DNA from: an uncultured Chloroflexia bacterium
GTDB lineage: Bacteria > Chloroflexota > Limnocylindria > Limnocylindrales > CSP1-4
DNA: 64,000 bases
Reading direction: 5' to 3'
NCBI GenBank assembly: GCA_963706095.1
Contig: OY970149.1
Location: 2,179,398 to 2,243,397, forward strand
Shown here: piece by piece, positions 23,187-32,905 of the stretch
Layout: the number at the start of each line of letters is the position of its first letter
Numbering within the stretch: the stretch's first letter is position 1
Notes under the pieces: model-generated
Seen by the model: the letters and a program-made list of their open reading frames with translations, nothing else
Told to the model about the DNA's origin: nothing
Databases searched by the model: none
Position numbers and translations under genes: made by a program

Positions 23187-24619
23187 TGCGCATGCAGAGG
23201 ATGGCCGTGGCGACGGTCGCGGCGCTCTTGATGGGTTGTTCACCAGGAGCGACGCCGAGCCCCGCACCGACAGGCAGTCATACGCCGGCACCGACCCTTG
23301 CGCCGGCAGCGACCCTTGCGCCGGCAGCGACCCTTGCGCCGGCAGCGACCCTTGCGCCGGCACCGACCCTCGCGGCGTCACCGAGCAGCACGCCGCGGCC
23401 ACCAACGACGAGCCCAGCCACGCCCGATCCGCGGACAGCCGGTTGGGAGGCAGACCTCCGCGCCTTGATCGACGTCCGCGAGCGCGTTCACCCCGATCCG
23501 TGGCACGGCATCGCGCGAGAAGAGTTCGTGGCGGCCGTCGAGGCTGCCATCGCCACGGTCCCGGAAGCGACGGACAACGAGCTGCTGGTCGAGGTGACGC
23601 GCCTGGCGGCGATGCCGACGTGGGCCGGGCGGGACGGTCACGGCGGCATCTATCCGTGGGGCGAGGGCGATTTCGGGACGAACCTCTATCCGCTGCGCCT
23701 CTATTGGTTCAGCGATGGCGTGTTCGTCGTCGACGCCCTGCCGCCCTATAACGAGCTCATTGGACAACGACTCGAGAGCATCGCGGGCCATCCCATCGAC
23801 GACGTCCTCGAGGCCGTGGAGCCGCTCGTCCCGCGTGACAACCACATGCAGGTCCTGAGTCATTCGATGCGCCTGGTGGTGGTCGCCGAGATCCTGAACG
23901 GCCTGGATTTCATCGCGGACCCCACGGCGCCGGTAACGATGGAACTCGTCGATGGCGACGGCTCGAACCCCATCGAGGTCGAGGTCGCGACCGTTCCGCT
24001 GGCCGTGTTCGAGGCGTGGGCCGGCGGCCATCACACGCACAGCCCACCGGAGCGCGCCGATGGCGCGCTGTGGCTGCAGGACATCGCGACCGAGGCGTGG
24101 TGGGAGTACCTCGAGGAGTCTCGAACGGCCTACGTCTCGTACAACTTCACGAGCTCGGCAGTGTCGGCCGTCGTGAACGAGGTGGAGGCGGCGATCGACG
24201 CCGGCGACATCGATCGGCTGGTGGTCGACGCCCGGCACAACCCCGGCGGCAACAACACCACCTTCCATTCGTTGCGGGCGCTGGTCCAGGACTCGGCGAC
24301 GTCGCTGCCGGCTGGCGCCTACGTCATCTTCGGCCGAGCGACATTCTCTGCCGCGGGCAACTTCGTGACCGACATCGACCTGTTGACCGAAGCCGTGCTG
24401 GTCGGCGAGGACTCAGGCACGAGCCCGAACCAGTACGGCGACTCGTACGCAACCGACCTGACCCACTCGGGCCTGGTCTATCGCGTTGGGCGCTATTGGG
24501 TTGAGCGCAGCGATCCTGACGATCCCCGACTCACGGTCGAGCCGGACATCGAGACACCGCTGACTTCCGCCGACTACTTCGGCGACCGTGACCCCGGTAT
24601 GGAGGCGATCCTCGAGTAG
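23183..24619 (+). CDS. S41 peptidase-family lipoprotein, paralog 2
   Basis: Lipobox LLMGCS. DARHNPGGNN and VIFGRATFSAAGNF motifs. Collinear similarity to 16743-18161 (for example ..DYFGDRDPGMEAIL vs ..DYFSDRDPVLEAL). Confidence 0.65.
   Translation: MMRMQRMAVATVAALLMGCSPGATPSPAPTGSHTPAPTLAPAATLAPAATLAPAATLAPAPTLAASPSSTPRPPTTSPATPDPRTAGWEADLRALIDVRERVHPDPWHGIAREEFVAAVEAAIATVPEATDNELLVEVTRLAAMPTWAGRDGHGGIYPWGEGDFGTNLYPLRLYWFSDGVFVVDALPPYNELIGQRLESIAGHPIDDVLEAVEPLVPRDNHMQVLSHSMRLVVVAEILNGLDFIADPTAPVTMELVDGDGSNPIEVEVATVPLAVFEAWAGGHHTHSPPERADGALWLQDIATEAWWEYLEESRTAYVSYNFTSSAVSAVVNEVEAAIDAGDIDRLVVDARHNPGGNNTTFHSLRALVQDSATSLPAGAYVIFGRATFSAAGNFVTDIDLLTEAVLVGEDSGTSPNQYGDSYATDLTHSGLVYRVGRYWVERSDPDDPRLTVEPDIETPLTSADYFGDRDPGMEAILE
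23285..23382 (+). repeat. Near-perfect 18-nt coding tandem repeat (ATLAPA units)
   Basis: GACCCTTGCGCCGGCAGC is repeated identically three times (23293-23346), followed by two degenerating units. Confidence 0.9.
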
Positions 24620-24626
24620 GGCAGTC

Positions 24627-25307
24627 CTACATCGGGCGCATCGGAGCCTTGTCGGGCATGCCCGGGTTCCGATACTCGTTGTAGTCGACCATCTCCGCGG
24701 TGAGCGCCGAGCGCATCCACTGGTAGAAGAAGCCACCGATGCCCAGCAGGATTGCCGCCCCGACCCACAGGATCGAGAGCTGGTCGTTGCGGAAGACGCC
24801 GATGATGTTGCCTTCGAGCTCCGTATAGCGGACTCGTCCGAGCAGGATCACCAGGCCGGCGATCGTCGCAAACGCGCCACCGAAGGCGGTGAAACCGATG
24901 ACCAGGAACTTGGGAAGACGCAGCACGATGAACGCCAGCGCCACGCCGACTGCGAAGACGAAGCCGACCAGGAAGGCCAGGAGGCCATCGCCGGCGCCGA
25001 GAAAGGTCATGAGGCCCGTCCCCACGGCATAGCCCGCAGAAGCGCCCAGGAATATGACCGCGAACCAGTAATACAGATACGACAGGGCCGCGAATAGCAG
25101 CGCCACGATGAAGCCGATCACCCAACTGGTGGTCGTCGCCAGGAAGCCCTGGCCGAACAGTGCGGTGACCAGGTTCGCACCAAACAGGAAGCCCATCACG
25201 AATCCCCAGATGGGCAGCAGGATTAGGAACAGCCGCAGTCCGTAGAAGGCAAAGGCGAGACCGATGGCCATCGCCACGAGCCCCAGAAAAATTCCCTCGA
25301 GTGACAT
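24627..25307 (-). CDS. Multi-pass membrane protein (DUF4203/TMEM198-like)
   Basis: About 7 glycine/phenylalanine-rich TM helices. The ATG at 25307 is preceded by GGAGGG. The family call is tentative. Confidence 0.55.
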   Translation of the reverse strand: MSLEGIFLGLVAMAIGLAFAFYGLRLFLILLPIWGFVMGFLFGANLVTALFGQGFLATTTSWVIGFIVALLFAALSYLYYWFAVIFLGASAGYAVGTGLMTFLGAGDGLLAFLVGFVFAVGVALAFIVLRLPKFLVIGFTAFGGAFATIAGLVILLGRVRYTELEGNIIGVFRNDQLSILWVGAAILLGIGGFFYQWMRSALTAEMVDYNEYRNPGMPDKAPMRPM

Positions 25308-25412
25308 GGATCCCTCCGCTCGAAACCGGCAAAAGCGCAACGCACAGGATGCGCCATCTGGCGCGACGTTTTCACGGTGGTGTGCACGCGTCCGCGCGGG
25401 GCGCTTGCGCGA

Positions 25413-26147
25413 TCAGTCGAACGTCACCGATTGCAGCACCGGCGCGGCAAGCTCCTGCGCGCGGTCCCACTCGGCGATGGACCCACCGACGAGGATCGCC
25501 AGCACCGTGCCATCGACATCGAGCAGATTTGCCTCGAGTCGCCGGGCCGAGGCGATACCGAGCGGCCCAGGCTCAAGGTTCATGACGGTCCGAAACACGG
25601 GCGGCGTCGTGTCCGCCGGGTCGCTTGTCTCGACCACGACTCGGATGCCCTCGCGGCCACCGATGACCACCGGCACGGGCTCACTGACGACGAGGTTCTC
25701 GCGTTCGAGTATCGAGTCGACGACGACTTGGGCGGAATCGCCCTCGACCGTGGCGAACTGGACGGCGACGACGTCGAGCGAGCCGGGATCGTCCTGGATG
25801 TCGAAGAAGCCGCTCGCGGATTGCTTGGCCGTCCAGCCCTCGCCAATCTCGAACGAGAACGCCGGTTCGAACGTCTCATTGCGGTACCGGCCGGGTTCGA
25901 GCTCAGTGCCCGGGCCGGGGAGTACGGCCACGCCATCGCTCGTTGCGGGTGGCGCGGGACTGGGACTGGCCGCCAGCGTGGCCGTAGCCGCGGGCGTGGC
26001 GGTGGCGCCGGGCAAGGCGACGAGCGTTGAAGCGGATGTCGGCGCAAAGCTCGCGACAGGCGCCGTCGGCGTCGGCTGGCCGCTACAACCCACGGCGGTC
26101 GACAGCGCCGCCGCCATAGCCAATGCCACCAACACGCGCGCCTTCAT
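25413..26147 (-). CDS. Hypothetical lipoprotein
   Basis: MKARVLVALAMAAALSTAVGCSG lipobox. The upstream extension to 26213 would overlap the hrcA promoter, so ATG 26147 is preferred. TACATT lies 8 nt upstream. Confidence 0.6.
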   Translation of the reverse strand: MKARVLVALAMAAALSTAVGCSGQPTPTAPVASFAPTSASTLVALPGATATPAATATLAASPSPAPPATSDGVAVLPGPGTELEPGRYRNETFEPAFSFEIGEGWTAKQSASGFFDIQDDPGSLDVVAVQFATVEGDSAQVVVDSILERENLVVSEPVPVVIGGREGIRVVVETSDPADTTPPVFRTVMNLEPGPLGIASARRLEANLLDVDGTVLAILVGGSIAEWDRAQELAAPVLQSVTFD

Positions 26148-26184
26148 AGACGGCGAATGTAACGGGAACGCACTCGCGATCGCG

Positions 26185-26213
26185 TTGACTCTCCTATGTC
26201 GCCGCGGTACCAT
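26185..26213 (+). promoter_or_regulatory. Sigma-A-type promoter of the hrcA operon
   Basis: TTGACT (26185-26190), a 17-nt spacer, then TACCAT (26208-26213). It sits just upstream of CIRCE, as in the classical arrangement. Confidence 0.6.
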
Positions 26214-26225
26214 TCGTCGAGACCG

Positions 26226-26252
26226 TTAGCACTCCAACACTGAGAGTGCTAA
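26226..26252 (+). promoter_or_regulatory. CIRCE operator (HrcA binding site)
   Basis: Perfect consensus TTAGCACTC-N9-GAGTGCTAA, read directly. Confidence 0.97.
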
Positions 26253-26278
26253 CCACCGCAAGTCGAGGAACGCAAGGT

Positions 26279-27343
26279 ATGGCGCGTCGCAAAGACCGCC
26301 CCTTCGGCCCGCTCGATCCCCGTTCTCAACAGATCCTGCGCGCTGTCATCGAGGAATATGTCACCACCGCGGAGCCCGTCGGCAGCCAGACGCTGGTCGA
26401 CCGCTTCCGCCTGGGCGTCAGCTCGGCGACGGTCCGCAACGTCATGGCCGAGCTCGAGGAGCAGGGCTTCCTGATGCACCCACACACATCCGCCGGGCGA
26501 GTGCCGACTGATGCCGGATACCGACTCTACGTCGAGACGATCGCTCCCCAGATGAGCCTGGCGCCGGTCGAGCGGCTGATGATCCGCCACCAGTTCGGCC
26601 AGGTCGAGTTCGCGAGCGAGCAGTGGTTCCGGCTCGCCGCGGCGACGATCGCCGCGGCGACCCATGCGGCCGGCCTGGCCACGCCCGCCAAGCCGCGCTC
26701 GTGCCGGCTGCGCCACATCGATCTCGTCGCAACGGCGACCCAGACCGCGAGCCTGATCGTGGTCCTGGCCGAGGGCTCGGTCAAGCAGGAGCTCGTTCCA
26801 CTCGCGGAGCCATACGACCAGGAGGAGCTCGACGACGTCGCGCGGTTGCTCAACGCACAGCTCGGCAGCGCGTCGGCGCGTCAGGTGCTCCGCCGCCTCG
26901 AGACGCTTCAGGCAAATCCGGATGTGCCGCCGCTGATGTTGCGCGTCTGTCAGCGCATCGAGCGCATCATGCGCGAGTTCGACGCGGCCGCTGTCGAGGA
27001 CGTCTTCTCGGACGGCCTGCTCAACGTCATGGCCCAGCCCGAGTTCAACGAGAGCGAGAAGCTGCGCCGCGTCTTCGTCGCGCTCCAGAACCGCGACTAC
27101 CTGGGCACGCTCGTCAGGCGCGTGGGCAACAGCCACGACGTCCACGTCCTGATCGGCCGCGAGAACGAGGCAGCGGACATGCAGGACGTTTCCCTCGTGC
27201 TCGCGACGTACGGTCAGCCCGGACGGGCGATGGGCGTCGTCGGCGTGCTCGGGCCGACCCGCATGGCCTATCCCCAGGCAATCAGCACGGTCCGCTTCGT
27301 GAGCGGACTCATGAACGAACTCGTGGAGCAGCTCTACAGATGA
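26279..27343 (+). CDS. hrcA: Heat-inducible transcription repressor HrcA
   Basis: QILRAVIEEYVTTAEPVGSQTL..VSSATVRNVMAELEEQGFL..HTSAGRVPTD. GAGGAA SD lies 8 nt upstream of the ATG. Confidence 0.95.
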   Translation: MARRKDRPFGPLDPRSQQILRAVIEEYVTTAEPVGSQTLVDRFRLGVSSATVRNVMAELEEQGFLMHPHTSAGRVPTDAGYRLYVETIAPQMSLAPVERLMIRHQFGQVEFASEQWFRLAAATIAAATHAAGLATPAKPRSCRLRHIDLVATATQTASLIVVLAEGSVKQELVPLAEPYDQEELDDVARLLNAQLGSASARQVLRRLETLQANPDVPPLMLRVCQRIERIMREFDAAAVEDVFSDGLLNVMAQPEFNESEKLRRVFVALQNRDYLGTLVRRVGNSHDVHVLIGRENEAADMQDVSLVLATYGQPGRAMGVVGVLGPTRMAYPQAISTVRFVSGLMNELVEQLYR

Positions 27344-27963
27344 CCCATCACCGACCACGGACCCGCGCCGAGGAACGCATTGCAGAGCTCGACGCCTCGC
27401 CGCAGGCGCTCAGCGCCGAGCTCGACCAGCTGCGCCAGCAGCTCGAGGCGGCGCAGCAGGAAGCGGCCGAAAACAAGGCCGGCTGGCAACGCGCATCGGC
27501 CGACTTCGCCAATTACAAGCGCCGGACCGAGCAGGAACGAGACGCCATGTTCGGCCTGGCCAATGAGACGCTTCTGATCAAGATGCTGGCCGTGGCCGAC
27601 GACTTCGATCGCGCCATCGCGACCGTCCCCGCGGAGCGACAGGCCGACAGCTGGGTGGAGGGCATCGCCGCCATCGATCGCAAACTTCGGCTGGTGCTCG
27701 ACTCGGAGGGCCTGACGCCCATCGAAGCGGTCGGCCAGCCCTTCGACCCGCATGAGCACGAGGCGGTGGTGCAGGAGGAGCGCCCTGACCTGGCCGAGGG
27801 CACGGTCACCGCAGAGCTGCAGCGTGGCTATCGGATCCGTGACCGCGTCCTTCGCCCGGCGATGGTCGCCGTGGCCAAAGGCGGGCACGCCCCCGCTCCC
27901 AAGGCGGGCACTCAACCAAATGAGAACGACTCGAACGACAACAACTTCGGAGGTATCAACTAG
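27340..27963 (+). CDS. grpE: Nucleotide exchange factor GrpE
   Basis: RASADFANYKRRTEQE..LLIKMLAVADDFDRA..PFDPHEHEAV..GYRIRDRVLRPAMV. ATGA overlap with hrcA. Confidence 0.95.
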   Translation: MTHHRPRTRAEERIAELDASPQALSAELDQLRQQLEAAQQEAAENKAGWQRASADFANYKRRTEQERDAMFGLANETLLIKMLAVADDFDRAIATVPAERQADSWVEGIAAIDRKLRLVLDSEGLTPIEAVGQPFDPHEHEAVVQEERPDLAEGTVTAELQRGYRIRDRVLRPAMVAVAKGGHAPAPKAGTQPNENDSNDNNFGGIN

Positions 27964-29922
27964 ATGGGACGCATCATCGGCATCGACCTGGGCACGACGA
28001 ACTCCGTCGTCGCCGTGATGGAGGGCGGCGAGCCGACCGTCATCCCGAGCGCGGAGGGCGGCCGCACCGTCCCCTCGGTCGTGGCCTTCACCAAGACCGG
28101 CGAGCGCCTTGTTGGCCAGGTGGCCAAGCGCCAGGCGATCACCAACCCGGCCAACACGATCTATTCGATCAAGCGCTTCATGGGCCGTCGCTGGGACGAC
28201 CCGGAGGTCCAGCGCACGCGCGACCTCGTGCCCTACAAGCTCGAGAAGGACCCCAAGAGCGACGGCGTCATCGTCGAGCTGTCGGACGGCAAGAAGTACA
28301 CGCCGCCCGAGATCAGCGCGATGATCCTGCAGAAGCTCAAGGCGGACGCCGAGGCGTACACCGGCGAGAAGATCACCGAGGCGGTCATCACCGTCCCGGC
28401 CTACTTCGACGACACGCAGCGCCAGGCGACCAAGGACGCCGGCCGCATCGCCGGTCTCGACGTCAAGCGCATCATCAACGAGCCCACGGCGTCTGCCCTG
28501 GCCTACGGCCTCGACAAGAAGAAGGACGAGCAGATCGCCGTCTATGACCTTGGCGGCGGCACCTTCGACATCTCGATCCTCGAGCTGGGCGACGGCGTCT
28601 TCGAGGTCAAGGCGACCAACGGCGACACCCACCTTGGCGGCGACGACTTCGACCAGCGCGTCATCGACTGGATGCTGACCGAGTTCAAGAAGGACCAGGG
28701 CATCGACCTGGCCAAGGACCAGCAGGCGCTGCAGCGCCTCAAGGAAGCGGCCGAGAAGGCCAAGATCGAGCTGTCGACAACCAGCCAGACAGAGATCAAC
28801 CTGCCCTACATCACCGTCGACGCCGACAAGAACCCCAAGCACCTGGTCATGACCCTGTCACGGGCCAAGCTGGAGGACCTGGTGGCGGACCTGGTCGATC
28901 GCACCCGGACGCCGGTCGAGGCCGCGCTCAAGGACGCCGGCCTGAAGTCGACCGACATCGACGAGGTGATCCTCGTCGGCGGCCAGACGCGCATGCCGGC
29001 GGTGGTCGACGCGGTCAAGAAGATGTTCGGCGACAAGGAGCCGCACAAGGGCGTCAACCCGGACGAGGTCGTGGCCATTGGCGCCGCGATCCAGGCCGGT
29101 GTCCTGGCCGGCGACGTCAAGGACGTTCTGCTGCTCGACGTGACGCCGCTGTCGCTCGGCATCGAGACGCTCGGTGGCGTCATGACCAAGCTCATCGAGC
29201 GCAACACGACGATCCCGACCTCCAAGTCGCAGGTCTTCTCGACGGCCTCGGACAACCAGCCGCAGGTCGAGATCCACGTCCTGCAGGGTGAGCGCGAGAT
29301 GGCCGGGGACAACAAGACCCTCGGCCGATTCATCCTCGACGGCATCCCGCCGGCGCCGCGGGGCGTGCCCCAGGTCGAGGTCGGCTTCGACATCGATGCC
29401 AACGGCATCCTCGATGTCAAGGCCAAGGACCGCGCCACGGGCAAGGAGCAGACGGTGCGCATCACCGCCTCATCGATGCTCTCCAAGGACGACGTGGACA
29501 AGATGGTCCGCGACGCCCAGGAGCACGCCGAGGAGGACCGCAAGCGGCGCGAAGAGGTCGAAACGCGCAACCAGTCGGACGCCCTGGCGTTCCAGGCCGA
29601 GCGCACGTTGCGCGACCTGGGCGACAAGGTGTCGGCCGAGGATCGCGCAGACGTCGAGACCAAGGTCACGGCCCTGCGCGAGGCCCTCAAGGGCAACGAC
29701 CTCGAAGCGATCCGCGGCCGCTCGTCGGAGCTGGCCGAGGCGCTCCAGCGCGTCAGCACTGCGGCCTACCAGGCGGCAGACGGTGCGACGGGTGGCTCCA
29801 GCGACGGCGCCGGTCCCGAGGCCGGCAACGGAACGGGTCCGGAAGGCGCGGAGGCCGAGGCCGATGCTGAGTCCGCCGACGAGGCCGACGAGGCGGTCGA
29901 GGGCGAGTTCAAGGAGGTCTAA
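27964..29922 (+). CDS. dnaK: Molecular chaperone DnaK (Hsp70)
   Basis: [21 protein letters not shown] and [11 protein letters not shown] motifs, with an acidic C-terminus. Confidence 0.98.
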   Translation: MGRIIGIDLGTTNSVVAVMEGGEPTVIPSAEGGRTVPSVVAFTKTGERLVGQVAKRQAITNPANTIYSIKRFMGRRWDDPEVQRTRDLVPYKLEKDPKSDGVIVELSDGKKYTPPEISAMILQKLKADAEAYTGEKITEAVITVPAYFDDTQRQATKDAGRIAGLDVKRIINEPTASALAYGLDKKKDEQIAVYDLGGGTFDISILELGDGVFEVKATNGDTHLGGDDFDQRVIDWMLTEFKKDQGIDLAKDQQALQRLKEAAEKAKIELSTTSQTEINLPYITVDADKNPKHLVMTLSRAKLEDLVADLVDRTRTPVEAALKDAGLKSTDIDEVILVGGQTRMPAVVDAVKKMFGDKEPHKGVNPDEVVAIGAAIQAGVLAGDVKDVLLLDVTPLSLGIETLGGVMTKLIERNTTIPTSKSQVFSTASDNQPQVEIHVLQGEREMAGDNKTLGRFILDGIPPAPRGVPQVEVGFDIDANGILDVKAKDRATGKEQTVRITASSMLSKDDVDKMVRDAQEHAEEDRKRREEVETRNQSDALAFQAERTLRDLGDKVSAEDRADVETKVTALREALKGNDLEAIRGRSSELAEALQRVSTAAYQAADGATGGSSDGAGPEAGNGTGPEGAEAEADAESADEADEAVEGEFKEV

Positions 29923-29947
29923 CCGACCTCTGCAAATTGGCGCAACG

Positions 29948-29975
29948 AGAGCCCGGGGCCATCCGCCCCGGCTCT
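29948..29975 (+). terminator. Terminator-like hairpin after dnaK (weak U-tract)
   Basis: AGAGCC(C)GGGG-N7-CCCCGGCTCT (10 bp with one bulge), followed by TGGTGTCATTT. Confidence 0.45.
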
Positions 29976-30473
29976 TGGTGTCATTTACGCGTGGACAGCG
30001 TGTTAGCCCTCGGCGTGTCACACGGTCCTGCCGCCTACGCTCCCGGAGCGTGTTAATCGTCCAACCGGGGCATCCACATGACCGACGGACCCTTCTAGGT
30101 CTCGATTGGCAACGCCCGACGCTCCTTGCACGCTCCGCAAGCGTAGGTGGTGCGCAACGGGCAGATTTGGCTGCATAGAACGCGCCCGAGGCGTACTTGG
30201 CGCCGACGCTCGGCGCGTAACTCACCGGCCCGTTGTAAAGACTCTCCGTAAGGCGGTTGGGGCTGGCCCCGCCTTCCGGAACTGGCGCCGGGCGTTCGGA
30301 CCTACCGAACAGATCAGCCATGGCCGGGGTCCAGATGCAGCTGGCCCGGGCGGACGAGCGTAGATTGGTGCGAGGGATGCCGTTTTCGAGGCGAAGTCCG
30401 CCAATTCCGCGCGAATCCGGCGGACTTTCAGGTTCCAAACGAACGGGTTCGGGCGCCTTGTTCAGTAGGTCCG

Positions 30474-30495
30474 AAAAAGGCGGGTCCTCCGCCTT
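30474..30495 (-). terminator. Intrinsic terminator downstream of the Rrf2 gene
   Basis: The minus strand reads AAGGCGG-AGGAC-CCGCCTT followed by TTTTTCGG. Confidence 0.75.
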
Positions 30496-30531
30496 CGGCG
30501 CGCGCGACGACCGGTGAAGTGGTGGTGCAGG

Positions 30532-31029
30532 CTAGGAGTCGGGCTCGGCGGTGGCCGACCGGCGGCGGCGATTGAGCGAGATCCAGGCCTCTGGGTCGGT
30601 GGTCAGCTCGCGCACCTGATCGGGCAGCTCGCCTTCGACGACATCCTGGAGGCTGGTCGACTCGAGCACCCGGCGCAGGCTTGCCCGAACAGCGACCCAA
30701 AGGTCGCGCAGTGACTCGGCAGCGCCGATGTACTCGACCGTCTCTACGCGCTCGCCGCGGACGTTGGCGAGCGGCCCGTCCACGGCACGGATGACGTCGG
30801 CGACGCTGATGTCCTCGGCCGGACGGGCGAGCGCGTAGCCGCCGTCAGCACCGCGCGTGCTCTTGACGATGCCCGCGTGCTTGAGCTCGAGCATGATCGT
30901 CTCGAGGAACTTGGACGGGATGTTCTGTGCGGCGCTGATCTGGTCGCGCTTGAGTGGCCGCGAGTTGGTCGTCGCGGCGAGCTCCAGCGAGGCTCGAACC
31001 GCGTAATCGGCCTTGGCAGACACCCTCAC
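30532..31029 (-). CDS. Rrf2 family transcriptional regulator (no obvious Fe-S cysteine triad)
   Basis: MRVSAKADYAVRASLELA..IPSKFLETIMLELKHAGIVKSTRGADGGYALARP is canonical Rrf2 wHTH. No Cys cluster is seen in the C-terminal half. Confidence 0.88.
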   Translation of the reverse strand: MRVSAKADYAVRASLELAATTNSRPLKRDQISAAQNIPSKFLETIMLELKHAGIVKSTRGADGGYALARPAEDISVADVIRAVDGPLANVRGERVETVEYIGAAESLRDLWVAVRASLRRVLESTSLQDVVEGELPDQVRELTTDPEAWISLNRRRRSATAEPDS

Positions 31030-31129
31030 AAGGTCATTGTCCCCTATTCAGCAGGTCCATGTAGGTGTTTGCTCCGGCAGTGTTTCCGCATCGAAAGACC
31101 GTCAGCCGGGGCTGCGCTAGGATTCCGCG

Positions 31130-32074
31130 GTGCCCGACCCCGCTGAGGCGACCTCCCCGCTGATCCGTGCCCGCGGCCTGACCAAGAAGTTCGGTCAGTT
31201 CACGGCCGTCGACGGCATCGATCTGGACGTCGCGCCGGGAGAGTCGTTCGGTTTCCTCGGCCCGAACGGCGCCGGCAAGACCTCGTCGATGCGCATGATC
31301 GGGGCCGTTTCGCCACGGACGTCGGGCGAGCTGAGCGTCCTGGGAATCGACCCGGACAAGGACGGCGCGCGCATCCGCGCGCGCATCGGCGTGGTGCCCC
31401 AGCTGGACACGCTCGACACCGAGCTGACCGTCATGGAGAACCTGCTCATCTACGGCCGCTACTTCGACCTGACGTATGCGGAGGCGCGCTCGCGGGCGAA
31501 CGAGCTGCTCGAGTTCGTCCAGCTGAGCGACCGCGCCACGGACCTGGTCGAGCCCCTTTCTGGCGGCATGAAGCGTCGACTGACCATTGCGCGAAGCCTC
31601 ATCAACGAGCCGGACCTGCTGCTCCTCGACGAGCCCACAACCGGTCTCGATCCACAGGCAAGACACCTCGTGTGGGACCGCCTGTACCGGCTCAAGCAGC
31701 GTGGCACGACGCTCGTCCTGACGACGCATTACATGGACGAGGCGGAGCAGCTGTGCGATCGGCTCGTGGTCATGGACAAGGCCAAGATCGTGGCCGAGGG
31801 CTCGCCGCGCTCGCTGATCGACCAGTACTCGACGCGCGAGGTCCTCGAGCTGCGCTTCCCGGTTGGCGTCCAGGAAACGCTCAACGGCCAGCTTGACGGA
31901 CTGGGCGAGCGCGTCGAGTGGCTGCCCGACCGCGTGCTGGTTTATGCCGCCGACGGTGAGGCGGCCTCCGATGCAGCGCACGAGCGCGGGCTGCGGCCGG
32001 AGACAACGCTGGTCCGGCGGTCGAGCCTCGAGGACGTGTTCCTGCGCCTGACCGGCCGAACGCTGGTCGAATAG
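31130..32074 (+). CDS. ABC transporter ATP-binding protein (DrrA/NodI-type, ABC-2 exporter)
   Basis: Walker A GPNGAGKTS, signature LSGGMKRRL and Walker B LLLLDEPTTGLD. GTG start with TAGGAT 6 nt upstream. Confidence 0.92.
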   Translation: MPDPAEATSPLIRARGLTKKFGQFTAVDGIDLDVAPGESFGFLGPNGAGKTSSMRMIGAVSPRTSGELSVLGIDPDKDGARIRARIGVVPQLDTLDTELTVMENLLIYGRYFDLTYAEARSRANELLEFVQLSDRATDLVEPLSGGMKRRLTIARSLINEPDLLLLDEPTTGLDPQARHLVWDRLYRLKQRGTTLVLTTHYMDEAEQLCDRLVVMDKAKIVAEGSPRSLIDQYSTREVLELRFPVGVQETLNGQLDGLGERVEWLPDRVLVYAADGEAASDAAHERGLRPETTLVRRSSLEDVFLRLTGRTLVE

Positions 32075-32086
32075 AGAGCCGATCTA

Positions 32087-32905
32087 ATGGCCGCCGGCGC
32101 GCCCACAATCGGAGCCCCAGCGACGGCAACGCGCTGGCGCTTTCCCGGCCTGCGGAAGCTCGAGCACAGCCTCTTCGTCTACCGCCGCATCTGGCGCGGC
32201 ACGTTCTTCGGCACGCTCGTATCGCCGGTCCTGTACCTGACCGCGATGGGCGTCGCGCTGGGCACGCTCGTGCCCGAGATGACGGCCTTCGGCGGCGTGC
32301 CCTACATCGTCTTCCTGGCGCCGGGGCTGGTTGCGGCACAGGCGATGCAGACGGCGACCACCGAATTGTCGTGGCCGCTCTTCGCCGGCTTCAAGTGGAA
32401 CAAGACCTTCGAGGCGATGATCGGCACCCCGCAGGGCATCCGCGACATCGTCCTCGGCCACCTCTATTGGCTGATCGTTCGCCTGGGCATCGTGACCGGC
32501 GTCTTCCTGGTCGTCGCCTTCATCTTCGGCGCCATCACATCTCCGACCTCGATCCTGGCCTGGCCGGCCGCCATCCTGACCGGCCTCGCATTCGGCATGG
32601 TCATGGCCGCGTGGACGGCTTCGCGCAACACCGAGCAGTCGTTCGCATTCGTCTTCCGGTTCATCATCACGCCACTCTTCCTGTTCTCCGGGACGTTCTT
32701 TCCGATCAGCCAGCTGCCCGATGCCCTCGAATGGATCGCCTGGCTAACGCCGCTCTTCCACGGCGTCGAGCTGACACGCGCGCTGGCGATCGGCACAAAC
32801 CTTGACCCGCTGCTGCTGTTCATCCACGCCGCGGTGCTGGTCGTCATGACCGCGGTCGGGACCGTCCTTGCGTTCCGGACGTTCCGTAAGCGATTGGTCG
32901 TCTGA
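32087..32905 (+). CDS. ABC-2 type transporter permease
   Basis: About 6 TM helices with a typical ABC-2 (DrrB/NodJ-like) layout. Lies immediately after the ATPase. Confidence 0.8.
   Translation: MAAGAPTIGAPATATRWRFPGLRKLEHSLFVYRRIWRGTFFGTLVSPVLYLTAMGVALGTLVPEMTAFGGVPYIVFLAPGLVAAQAMQTATTELSWPLFAGFKWNKTFEAMIGTPQGIRDIVLGHLYWLIVRLGIVTGVFLVVAFIFGAITSPTSILAWPAAILTGLAFGMVMAAWTASRNTEQSFAFVFRFIITPLFLFSGTFFPISQLPDALEWIAWLTPLFHGVELTRALAIGTNLDPLLLFIHAAVLVVMTAVGTVLAFRTFRKRLVV

Noticed and set aside
26148-26278. Longer start choices for the lipoprotein (26213) and hrcA (26246)
   Set aside because: Both extensions would run through the hrcA promoter and CIRCE element. The downstream ATGs have a proper lipoprotein signal (lipoprotein) or SD (hrcA).
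27334-28842. 502-aa ORF on the minus strand, and similar ORFs at 28806-29759 and 12014-13399
   Set aside because: They are antisense to dnaK/grpE and pgk/eno, with no protein-like features.
29470-30438. 322-aa minus-strand ORF spanning the dnaK 3' end and the downstream spacer
   Set aside because: It would overlap dnaK antisense by ~450 nt. The composition is not protein-like and there is no SD or -10 box at the start.
29976-30473. tmRNA, RNase P RNA or SRP RNA in the dnaK-Rrf2 spacer
   Set aside because: I looked on both strands for a tRNA-like 3' end (GGTTCGAnTCC...CCA), a tag ORF ending in ..AA-stop, the RNase P P4 motif (GAGGAAAGTCCGGGC, ACAGAAnCCGGCTTA) and the SRP domain IV motif. Only chance fragments were found (GAAAGTCCGCC within a local hairpin, CCGGAAGG).
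31030-31129. Rrf2 operator in the Rrf2/ABC divergent spacer
   Set aside because: Only a weak CCTA...TAGG symmetry (around 31045-31067) was seen. There is no convincing inverted repeat, so no operator is called.
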